Shown here: piece by piece, positions 9,345 to 17,403 of the stretch | Layout of the letters: the number at the start of each line of letters is the position of its first letter | How positions within the stretch are numbered: the first letter of the stretch is position 1 | NCBI GenBank assembly: GCA_965662235.1 | Contig: CBFIGY010000008.1 | Location: forward strand, 36,979 to 100,978 | Direction: 5' to 3' | Source: an uncultured bacterium | GTDB lineage: Bacteria; SAR324; NAC60-12 | DNA: 64,000 nt | Position numbers and translations under genes: made by a program | Notes under the pieces: model-generated | What the model was told of the DNA's origin: nothing | Seen by the model: only the letters and a program-made list of their open reading frames with translations | Databases searched by the model: none

Positions 9345-10093
9345 CAGAGCTTGCTTTGAAGTTCAGAAACGAGTTCCTGCGGGCTCAGGTCCGGCATGTC
9401 GTCCCAGTCCATCAGGTTGAAGAGGTGCTGGCGCAGCTTGCCGCGGGAGAGGCCCCGCTTCTGCCATTCTTCAAAGGCCTCTTCCTGGTCGGCGGAGACG
9501 GGCGCGCCCGACAGGTCTTTACGCAGAAGGAATTTTACTGCGCTGTCCGGGTGTTGTCGAAGAAAATTTTCATGAGACTCATCGGTGATGCGTCCCTTGC
9601 CGTTGACGACATCCGAATCATCGGCGTCCAACGCGTCCATGGAGAAGCCTTCGCCGTAGTCCTCCAGCTGCGGTGAAAGGTCCACATCGGGGGTCAGCTC
9701 AAAGCCAAGCTCTGCGGCCTCATCAATGGGTTCCATGGGCTGCTGCATGTTGGGCGCTGGCATGGTGCCTTGCGGTCCTCCCATGGGGCCGCCCATGGGG
9801 CCACCAAACGGCGACGCGCTCATGCGGCGCTGCAGCTGCTGCGGACTGGGGATGAGGATCACAAAGAGGATCAGCAGAATTGCGACCGCAAAGACCCCGG
9901 AGTAGATCAGTCCGTTGACATACAGGTCGTACTTCCCCTTGTCGTAGTAGTAGGTGGTGACGTTCATGCCCTGATAGGTCATGAAGCTAACCTGAGACAT
10001 TCCACTGTAGCAGTAGACGGCCCCAAAGATGGTGGCCCCCAGGCTTCCCAACACCATGATCACGTAGGCGTTGAGGTATTGAATCGGTGGCAT
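9344..10093 (-). CDS. Hypothetical two-TM membrane protein with G/P/M/Q-rich linker and acidic C-terminal domain
   Basis: Two hydrophobic segments, GGAG RBS, strong codon bias, TGATG overlap with the MoxR gene. Confidence 0.75.
   Translation of the reverse strand: MPPIQYLNAYVIMVLGSLGATIFGAVYCYSGMSQVSFMTYQGMNVTTYYYDKGKYDLYVNGLIYSGVFAVAILLILFVILIPSPQQLQRRMSASPFGGPMGGPMGGPQGTMPAPNMQQPMEPIDEAAELGFELTPDVDLSPQLEDYGEGFSMDALDADDSDVVNGKGRITDESHENFLRQHPDSAVKFLLRKDLSGAPVSADQEEAFEEWQKRGLSRGKLRQHLFNLMDWDDMPDLSPQELVSELQSKL
9780..9803. repeat. 12-bp tandem repeat (two copies) encoding GGPM-GGPM
   Basis: cccatggggccg cccatggggcca on the + strand. Confidence 0.7.
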
Positions 10094-10319
10094 ACTCCCT
10101 CCATTTGCTTGAAGGCGATTGGTTCACACGCTCCCGGTTTTCCAAAATCGAAAAACAGGAGACCTGTGCAGTCTTCCCTACCCCTAGGACCTCCCCCAGT
10201 GGTTGGGAACCTCAGAATCCACTTGCTTGAGCAAGAACAAAAAACAGCCTCTGGACCCGCCTCTACAGAGCACGGGCACAGAGCTGCAAGGCCGGTGGTT
10301 CCTCAGAAAGGAACGCCGT

Positions 10320-10739
10320 TTAATTGGCGGTAAACAGATTTCCGTACTGCTCGCGGTAGACCGAGACCAGAGCGGTGCCTTCCTCGTCGGGCATGTTGCG
10401 TTTGATCAAATGCACCAGCTGCCGATTGGCGTCTTCGAGGTTCCGCATGGCGTTGTAGTGCGATACCCGGCGGTCCCAGCACTTCGCAACGCTGCGAGCC
10501 GTCAGAACGGAATCAACGCTGGCGTAGTACGACTGGTAGAGCCGGTGGTCGTCTCGTTCGTCATAGAAGATGGCCAGGCCGGTCTTGGCCTCGTTGTGGA
10601 GCAAAAAGGCCTGGTCCATGACACGGTCCGCACACGGGGTCCGCGCCACAGCCGCATCCGTGTTGAAGTTCGGAAGGGCTGCGCAGCCGCCTAGGAGCAG
10701 TCCTAGGGCCGCCAAAAGGAGAAGAGTGGAGGATCTCAT
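10320..10739 (-). CDS. Hypothetical lipoprotein
   Basis: Signal peptide with lipobox LGG-C; helical mature region with two further Cys. Confidence 0.75.
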   Translation of the reverse strand: MRSSTLLLLAALGLLLGGCAALPNFNTDAAVARTPCADRVMDQAFLLHNEAKTGLAIFYDERDDHRLYQSYYASVDSVLTARSVAKCWDRRVSHYNAMRNLEDANRQLVHLIKRNMPDEEGTALVSVYREQYGNLFTAN

Positions 10740-10837
10740 AACCGAAGCAGGGAAAAGATTGCGATCCCGGAAGTTGACCTTTCCGGACTATCTTCTCTTT
10801 CGGCAGATGAGGGAAAAACTTTAGGAAAAAGTGATGA

Positions 10838-10875
10838 GTCGCCGGGGCCTTCACCAAGACGGGAAGGCTGGCGAC
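10838..10875 (-). terminator. Possible intrinsic terminator/3' hairpin after the 430-aa hypothetical gene
   Basis: Minus-strand stem gtcgcc.gccttc / gaaggc...ggcgac followed shortly by a T-run. Confidence 0.3.
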
Positions 10876-10886
10876 GTGGGGGAGGG

Positions 10887-12179
10887 TTACTTCTTGTTGT
10901 TCTCCAGACGGTTCAGGGCCGTCAGGATCTTTAGCTGGAGCCGGTTGTAGCGGGGATTGACCGTGACCGCTGCGTCAATGGACTTCTTTGCCAGCTTGAG
11001 AATTTCCTTGGCACCTTCCTTGGTGGCCCGGATCAGTTCTCGGTTTTGAAAGGCGAAGTAGGCCACTTGGGCAAACTCGGCAAGCACCGGGAGGTCGCTG
11101 CGGTGCGGTTCCGTTGTTGAGGTCCGGCGGAGCGCCTTGCGGTAGGCGACAATCGCCTTGTTGAACGTGGGGCCAATGGAGTTCCGGACCGAGTTGTCCC
11201 CGCACTGGAGCCGGAGCATCATCAAGCGGACCGCCTGCATGTGGATCCGGGCCTCCATGAGGAAGGGCACGGGGATCTTGCTCTCAACGCTCTGAAGCTT
11301 GCCTGCCAGCTTGAGCCCAAGCGAGTGCAGGAAGGGAATGTACCGGGCCACATCCAGAACCGCGTAGCTCTTGCGGAGCAGCAGCTTCCGCTTGTTATAG
11401 GTTTGGCCGACCTCCGAGTTTCCGAGGAACTGCATCACCGCGCCATGCCGTGACGAGAGCTGATCGAGCTCTTCAAGATTGATGGGCATGGACATGGACG
11501 CCCGGATGTCTTCATCAAGGCTCTTGGTCATCTCCTGCATGCTCAGTCCCATTTTGATCTCCTGGATCATCATAGCGTCTTCAGCACTCTCCGGCACCTT
11601 GTCTGCGCTGATGAGGGACTCGGTGGAGATGCGGTCCACGTTCACATTCTTCAACTGAGCGGAGCGGACGAGGAGCAGCTGCTTCTTGTGCGTTTGGATG
11701 ACCCGGCTGAGGTAGATGCGGTAGGTCTGCCCCGCCAGCTGCATGGCCGCCGGGGTGATGTCTCCGAGGTAGATCGGCAGGGCGGCCTGCACCATCAGGT
11801 TGCGGTACACCTCCAGCTCGTGCTCCTTGCGAATCTGCAAAAACCCCCGGATGAGCTGCACCCGGGCGTTGGTCTGCGCCGGGTCCTTGCTGAGCTCGGC
11901 GACTTCCTTGTTGAGCTGAGGCGCAACCAGGTCTCCCAAAATGGAGCCATTAATGTGTCCGCCTCCACCGTCCTTGCCATCGCCGCCGGTGAAGGACTTG
12001 CGCATCTTGAGCAGGAAGGTCGACTTGCTGTGCTTCTTGATGTCTTCTGTCGCAAGAATGATCTGGCGGGTGACGCCTTTGAAGTCGAAGTTGACTGGTC
12101 CGGAAGGGCTCTCTCCTTTCCCGATGACACGTCCGCGGGCAGCGGCCGCCTGTTGCGCAATGAGTTCGTCCTTTTCCAT
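10887..12179 (-). CDS. Hypothetical 430-aa alpha-helical protein, possibly TPR-like at the C-terminus
   Basis: Long ORF with strong C/G third-position bias; no recognisable motif. Confidence 0.8.
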   Translation of the reverse strand: MEKDELIAQQAAAARGRVIGKGESPSGPVNFDFKGVTRQIILATEDIKKHSKSTFLLKMRKSFTGGDGKDGGGGHINGSILGDLVAPQLNKEVAELSKDPAQTNARVQLIRGFLQIRKEHELEVYRNLMVQAALPIYLGDITPAAMQLAGQTYRIYLSRVIQTHKKQLLLVRSAQLKNVNVDRISTESLISADKVPESAEDAMMIQEIKMGLSMQEMTKSLDEDIRASMSMPINLEELDQLSSRHGAVMQFLGNSEVGQTYNKRKLLLRKSYAVLDVARYIPFLHSLGLKLAGKLQSVESKIPVPFLMEARIHMQAVRLMMLRLQCGDNSVRNSIGPTFNKAIVAYRKALRRTSTTEPHRSDLPVLAEFAQVAYFAFQNRELIRATKEGAKEILKLAKKSIDAAVTVNPRYNRLQLKILTALNRLENNKK

Positions 12180-12379
12180 TTCAGCTTTTCAGTGCCTTCA
12201 AGTGTGAGCGAGCCGTAGCGTCTCGGCAGAAAATACCTCTCATTAGGTATCAGATCGTGTTAGAAAACGGAACAGGATTTCCCCATTGACGCGACGGACC
12301 CTCCAATTCTTCAAGAAAATGAGTCCTTTTTCTCAGAGGACGGAGGCGTGCGGAAGAGGTGCGCAAGTTTTGCGCCATC

Positions 12380-12964
12380 TCATTCTGCCGAAGCCGCAGG
12401 TTTTGCGTCGTCTGGAGCTGGGGTCCAGCGTGCACGTTGCTGGTCCATCCAGTCGCCCAAAAAGAGCTGCTGAGCTTCCGGCATGGCGTACCGGGGTTCC
12501 AGAATGAACGGGTCGAGGTAGGGGGCCACCTGCAGCAAGAAGTGGTCACGCCAGCTCTGGGCCTTTTTCAGCCGGACGTCATAGACCAGGGTGCCCACTC
12601 CGATCTGGCGGTTGAACTCATAGTGCGCCATCTGGTATCCGGGCGCAACCACCGTCAGGGTCAAGCGCGAGGCCCGGAGGTCAAAACGTGTCCGGAAGGC
12701 GCCTTCGGCATCTGGGAGCACCAAGCGCGCCTGAGGAAGGAACCGAGGCGGCTCGCCGTCAAACTGAATGGGGGAGCGATGGGACTCCTGAATCACCACA
12801 AAGCTGGCGTGCTCCAGTGGCGCTCCCTGGTCCGTGCGGATGGTGCCCGAGACGGTTTCCGTTGTCCACCCGGGAGAGACGTGGACGGCCTGGGACCAGC
12901 AGCCACTCAGACCCAGTAGCAGGACCAGCATGAGTCCCATCATGCAAGGATGTCTTGTCATCAA
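12380..12964 (-). CDS. Hypothetical lipoprotein with a carboxypeptidase-regulatory-like beta-sandwich
   Basis: Lipobox LSG-C; VSGTIRTDQGAPL...DAEGAF...LTVVAPGY pattern; true start may be a few codons downstream. Confidence 0.7.
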   Translation of the reverse strand: MMTRHPCMMGLMLVLLLGLSGCWSQAVHVSPGWTTETVSGTIRTDQGAPLEHASFVVIQESHRSPIQFDGEPPRFLPQARLVLPDAEGAFRTRFDLRASRLTLTVVAPGYQMAHYEFNRQIGVGTLVYDVRLKKAQSWRDHFLLQVAPYLDPFILEPRYAMPEAQQLFLGDWMDQQRARWTPAPDDAKPAASAE

Positions 12965-13036
12965 GCAGAGATCATGCTAATTGTTGGTCCTTTATTTTGA
13001 GCTGATGTTTCAAAATCGCAACCTGAACGAGCCCCC

Positions 13037-13186
13037 ATGATCCCGGAAGAAGTCTTTTACCTGTTTATTTTCCCTTGGTTGTTGCTGATCGCCTCCATCC
13101 CCGGGAGTGTGATCTCCTACCTAGTGGCAGGGATTGTGGCCCAGCTGCTGAATTTCCTTCCTGAAAAAAAAGCCCCTGACGCCTGA
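13037..13186 (+). CDS. Small (49 aa) hydrophobic membrane protein, not in the ORF track
   Basis: MIPEEVFYLFIFPWLLLIASIPGSVISYLVAGIVAQLLNFLPEKKAPDA*; fills the gap at the head of a + strand operon. Confidence 0.5.
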   Translation: MIPEEVFYLFIFPWLLLIASIPGSVISYLVAGIVAQLLNFLPEKKAPDA

Positions 13187-13219
13187 TTGCAGGCGTTTCT
13201 GTTGGTGCGGTGAGGACTC

Positions 13220-13618
13220 GTGAACCATTACCAAGGCATGATCAACGAGTTCCTCCACAACAGTGGCTATGTGGAGAAGGGGCGCGTCGGAGAGCAGGAG
13301 TGGTGGCTCGTCAACGGCTCCATCAAGGTTCAGATCTTCCTGCACCCTCGTAAAGGCGACACGGACCTGATTGTCGCTGCGAACCTCCTCCGGTACGCTC
13401 GTTCCTTCCCTGAATTTGAAAATTACCTGCTCCGACTCAACGGGAGCTTCCGGCTCCGAGGGGTGACCCTGGGGGTCCGTAACCACCACCTGGTTGCCAG
13501 CTACATCCGCCCGGTTGAAGGACTGGATCCGGAGGAGTTGGAGTGGATCATCACCAGCGTGGCCCTGGTTGCCGATGAGTTGGATGACTTCCTAGTCAAT
13601 CGCTTTCAACTCGAGTAA
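13220..13618 (+). CDS. YbjN / type III chaperone (CesT-like) fold protein
   Basis: GTG start with GAGGA RBS; YLLRLN...GVTLGV...YIRPVEGLDPEELEWIITSVALVADELDD pattern. Confidence 0.7.
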   Translation: MNHYQGMINEFLHNSGYVEKGRVGEQEWWLVNGSIKVQIFLHPRKGDTDLIVAANLLRYARSFPEFENYLLRLNGSFRLRGVTLGVRNHHLVASYIRPVEGLDPEELEWIITSVALVADELDDFLVNRFQLE

Positions 13619-14568
13619 TGCCTCATCCTACCCCCCCATCGCTTCCGGTTCAGATTGTTCAAGGAAGCCTCCTGACGCTGCTGATTGTCCTGAACACCCT
13701 CTGGTGGGGAGGACTGATTCTGCTGTTTTCCCCCCTCAAGCTTTACCGTCATGACGCCTGGCGGCATCGCTTGGCCCTCATGTACAGCTCCTGGGCCCAC
13801 AACTGGAGCTGGGACAACAGCTTCCTGTTGCGCAAGGCCCGCTTCCCTGAAGTAACGGTGACGGCCCCAGAGGGACTGAGCAAGGAGCGCTCGTACCTTG
13901 TCATGAGCAACCACGTTTCCATGGCCGACATTCCGGTGGTGGAGTACGCCTGCATCAACCGCATCCCCTTCCGGAAGATCTTCATCAAGCATGAACTCAT
14001 CTGGCTTCCCATTGTGGGGGCCGTCTGCTGGGTGCTGGATTTTCCATTCATGAAGCGGTACTCCAAGGAAAAGCTTAAGAAGAATCCGTCGCTGCGGGGA
14101 AAGGACCTGGAGACGACTCGGCGGAGCTGTGAAAAGCTCAAGGGCTACCCCAGCGCCATCCTCAGTTACGTGGAGGGCACCCGTTTCAGTGAGCGCAAGC
14201 GAGAATCGACTCACTCCCCTTACCAGCACCTGCTCAAACCCAAGGTTGGCGGCGTGCTGACGGTTCTGGACTCCTTGGGGGACCACCTAGACGGCGTCCT
14301 CGACCTGACTCTGGTGTATCCGGACAATCCAACGCCTCCCACCTTCTGGCAACTGGTCAGCGGACAGGTCCCGCGGGTGGTGGTTCGCATGCGGCTGCTT
14401 CCGGTGCCGTTTCAGCATGCCGATGAGCAGAGCCTAACCGACACGGAGCGGGTCCGGTACATCCGCAACTGGATCATGGGCATCTGGCGAGAAAAGGACG
14501 CGTTCATTGAAAGCCAGATTGCGGGTGACCTCACCGGCGACTCCACCCCGGTCCTCAAGGCCTCATGA
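13618..14568 (+). CDS. Acyltransferase, PlsC/YihG family
   Basis: SNHVSMAD (HxxxxD), FIKHELIWLP, DFPFMKRYSK, EGTRF, HLLKPK. Confidence 0.88.
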   Translation: MPHPTPPSLPVQIVQGSLLTLLIVLNTLWWGGLILLFSPLKLYRHDAWRHRLALMYSSWAHNWSWDNSFLLRKARFPEVTVTAPEGLSKERSYLVMSNHVSMADIPVVEYACINRIPFRKIFIKHELIWLPIVGAVCWVLDFPFMKRYSKEKLKKNPSLRGKDLETTRRSCEKLKGYPSAILSYVEGTRFSERKRESTHSPYQHLLKPKVGGVLTVLDSLGDHLDGVLDLTLVYPDNPTPPTFWQLVSGQVPRVVVRMRLLPVPFQHADEQSLTDTERVRYIRNWIMGIWREKDAFIESQIAGDLTGDSTPVLKAS

Positions 14569-15047
14569 TCTTCTTCCAGACGTACGACTCTCCTTTAGGA
14601 CGAATGGTGCTTCAGGAAGACAACGGCTTCCTCATTCGTGTGGACTTTGACAGCGAGCGCCTCCGGATTCCGGAAGGGGCCGTGAAGCAGGAGTCCCTTG
14701 TTCTACGAGAGGCAATTCGTCAGCTGACTCAGTACTTTCAGGGCACCCGGACCTCGTTTCAACTCCCTCTGGACCCGCACGGGACGGCCTTCCAGCAACG
14801 GGCCTGGAAGGCGCTGCAGGAGATTCCGTTTGGAGAAACCCGCAGCTACCAGGAGCAGGCAATTCGGGTGGGAGGAAAGAACTACACCCGTGCTGTCGGA
14901 GGCGCAAACCGCCGAAATCCCATCTCCATCATCATTCCCTGCCACCGGGTGATTGGTAAAAACGGGGCCCTGACCGGCTTTGGTAGCGGACTCGACCGCA
15001 AGCAGGCCTTGCTCGATCTGGAGCAGGCCACCTCCCCTTCCTCCTGA
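14565..15047 (+). CDS. ogt: Methylated-DNA-protein-cysteine methyltransferase
   Basis: GTAFQ, IPFGETRSY, RAVGGA, NPISIIIPCHRV active site. Confidence 0.95.
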   Translation: MIFFQTYDSPLGRMVLQEDNGFLIRVDFDSERLRIPEGAVKQESLVLREAIRQLTQYFQGTRTSFQLPLDPHGTAFQQRAWKALQEIPFGETRSYQEQAIRVGGKNYTRAVGGANRRNPISIIIPCHRVIGKNGALTGFGSGLDRKQALLDLEQATSPSS

Positions 15048-15103
15048 CCGCCTCTGCGGCTCCGTCTCCTCGTTGTCCCTGAACTCCTGCTCCTTCCTTT
15101 CTC

Positions 15104-16450
15104 TCAAATCCGCTGTTCCTGGCGAAGCTTCTTCAGGTGAGAAGTGATGTTATGACGAGCCAGAGGCAACAGACGAGCATCCAGACCCGGGTAAACCTGA
15201 TGGAGGATGGCTTCTTCGGAGTGACCCGCTTGATGGAGGGACAGCAGGGTGGCTTCCCGCTCTTGCCGATGCTTGAGGGTGGCCTGAAGCCGGAAGGTGC
15301 TCCGCATCAGCAATCCGTGTGAGGGAAGAATCACAGCGGGATCCAGCGCAATGACCCGCTCTAGGGTCCGGAAGTAAGCGGCCATGTCTCCTTCCGGCTC
15401 CCGAATGACCACTGTTCCAACTCCTTGAATTAAGTCTCCCACCAAAAACCAACGCAGAGACTCCGGTGCAAGCGCCAGCTGTCCTGCGTCATGCCCCGGC
15501 ACTTCATACACCTGCACCGACTCTTCCTTCCAGCGGGTCACCGTGTCGCCTTCCTTGAAGTGGATGAGGGAGCACCCTGAGAAGTAGTCCGTCCCCTGCT
15601 GTTGCTCAATGCGGGCCTGGGTATCTAAGCTGAGACCAATCGGCACCTGAAGGGCACGGGCCAGTTCAGGAGCAAACTGATGATGGTCTGGATGGTGGTG
15701 CGTCAGGAAGACCAGAGACACGGTTTCTCCTTCCAGAGTCCGTAGGAGGCGTTCGAGGACTTCCGGAGACTTGGGAGACGGATCGACAAGCACCGTGGGG
15801 GCAGCGGCATCACCAATCAGGAAAGCGTTGGTGCGATCGGCAGGAGGAAGCGTGTTGGAGGGCACCGCCAGTTGCTGAATGCCCTGAAGCGGTTCCAGCT
15901 TGGGAACCAGGCGCTCCTCATCGTACTGCGGAGACAGGTCTCCTAGGCCTGTAGCCTCCGGACGTTCGGCAAGCGCTTGCAGCACCCAACGCATCGGGGG
16001 CACCATCAGGGAATCCCCTTGAGCAAAGCGCTCCAGCAACGCCTCCGGAGTTGCCCAGATCGTGTCACTGAACTCCCCCACATCCGGAGTGAAGGTGGGC
16101 CGAGCCTTCAGGTCAATCCGGAAGAAGTGCAGGCGGAACCGCACGGGCATCAATGCAGGGGCCAAAGCCGTTGCGAGGTAACTCACCGCTGTTACCAATC
16201 CGGACTCACCTCCCTCTGGCAAGGAAAACGCCAGCTCCTCTTCAATCTCCCGCACCAGGGCATTTCCTTCGGCAACTGGACGTTCCTGGAGCCCTGTCCA
16301 CGTCCGTGGCCCTTCCCCATCACTTCGGTCAATCTTTCCCCCAGGAAAGGAATCATAGCCCGGAAAGGCATCGAGGTGCGACTGTCGTCGGACCGAAAAC
16401 ACTTCTCCGCCCTGACAGAACACGGCAGCGACTGAGTCAATGATCTTCAT
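15104..16450 (-). CDS. NUDIX + MBL-fold (LACTB2-like) fusion protein
   Basis: N-terminal FPGGKID...LVREIEEEL interrupted Nudix box; THHHPDHH, PGHDAG, VGD, PSHG; C-terminal winged-helix-like tail. Confidence 0.85.
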   Translation of the reverse strand: MKIIDSVAAVFCQGGEVFSVRRQSHLDAFPGYDSFPGGKIDRSDGEGPRTWTGLQERPVAEGNALVREIEEELAFSLPEGGESGLVTAVSYLATALAPALMPVRFRLHFFRIDLKARPTFTPDVGEFSDTIWATPEALLERFAQGDSLMVPPMRWVLQALAERPEATGLGDLSPQYDEERLVPKLEPLQGIQQLAVPSNTLPPADRTNAFLIGDAAAPTVLVDPSPKSPEVLERLLRTLEGETVSLVFLTHHHPDHHQFAPELARALQVPIGLSLDTQARIEQQQGTDYFSGCSLIHFKEGDTVTRWKEESVQVYEVPGHDAGQLALAPESLRWFLVGDLIQGVGTVVIREPEGDMAAYFRTLERVIALDPAVILPSHGLLMRSTFRLQATLKHRQEREATLLSLHQAGHSEEAILHQVYPGLDARLLPLARHNITSHLKKLRQEQRI

Positions 16451-16458
16451 GAGGTCCC

Positions 16459-17376
16459 TTAATGAAGACGAATTCGGGGGTCAATCCAGGCATACAGAAT
16501 GTCCACCAGGGCGTTGAGAACAATCACCAGCAGTCCATAAAGCAGGTACACGCCCATGACCACCGGATAGTCTCGGTTGCTGATGCTGGTGATGAAGTAG
16601 CTTCCCAGCCCAGGGATGGCAAAAATCTGCTCCACCACTAGGGTTCCGGTGAGGGTGTAGGCGAAGAGGGGGCCGAACACCGTCAGCACCGGAAGCAGAG
16701 CGTTCTTCAGCACATGCCGGAACATGACGGTAAATTCAGAAAGCCCCTTGGCACGGGCGGTCCGGACAAAATCGTCCCGGATGACCTGGAGCATGCTGGA
16801 GCGCGTCAGGCGAGCGATCAGTGCTGCTGAGCTCAGACCGAGCGCAATCGTCGGGAGGATCTTGGAGTCCCAGCTGGTCCAACGTGCAATCGGCAGCCAC
16901 TTCAGGTAGAGCCCAAAGGTCAGGGCCAGTAAAGGAGCCAGCGCAATGTTGGGAATGCTCCGCCCGACAATGGCAATGAAGCTGGCCAGGTAGTCTGGAG
17001 CCCGGTTGTGGTAGTAGGCGGCCACGACCCCAAGCGGCAGGCCCAGCACCAGCGCCAGCAGCATGGAATACGCCCCGAGTTCTGCTGAAACCGGCACCCG
17101 CGTCAGAATCAACTCACTCACGGGCAGGTCCCGCTGCGAGTAGCTCACCCCGAGGTCCCCCCGGACGGCGTTCCAGAGGTAGTTCAGGAACTGCTGCCAG
17201 GGCGGGAGGTCGAGCCCATAGTAGGCTTCAATGTTCTTGATGATCTCAGGCGGCAGGCTCTTTTCGGTGTCAAAAGGCCCCCCCGGAAGCGCCCGGAGCA
17301 GGAAGAACACCAGCAGAGCCACCACCAGCATGGAAACGGCTCCACTGAGAAAGCGACGGATCAGAAACGTAATCAT
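16459..17376 (-). CDS. oppB: Oligopeptide ABC transporter permease, OppB-like
   Basis: LPGGPF, GDLGVS, EAA loop FVRTARAKGL, VEQIFAIPGLG, RDYPVV, WIDPRIR. Confidence 0.88.
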   Translation of the reverse strand: MITFLIRRFLSGAVSMLVVALLVFFLLRALPGGPFDTEKSLPPEIIKNIEAYYGLDLPPWQQFLNYLWNAVRGDLGVSYSQRDLPVSELILTRVPVSAELGAYSMLLALVLGLPLGVVAAYYHNRAPDYLASFIAIVGRSIPNIALAPLLALTFGLYLKWLPIARWTSWDSKILPTIALGLSSAALIARLTRSSMLQVIRDDFVRTARAKGLSEFTVMFRHVLKNALLPVLTVFGPLFAYTLTGTLVVEQIFAIPGLGSYFITSISNRDYPVVMGVYLLYGLLVIVLNALVDILYAWIDPRIRLH

Positions 17377-17403
17377 GGGCAACTCATGCAAACAGTCGAA
17401 GGT

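Noticed and set aside
10094..10319. 225-nt intergenic region as a possible riboswitch or sRNA
   Set aside because: Only short, weak stems; no known aptamer motif recognised
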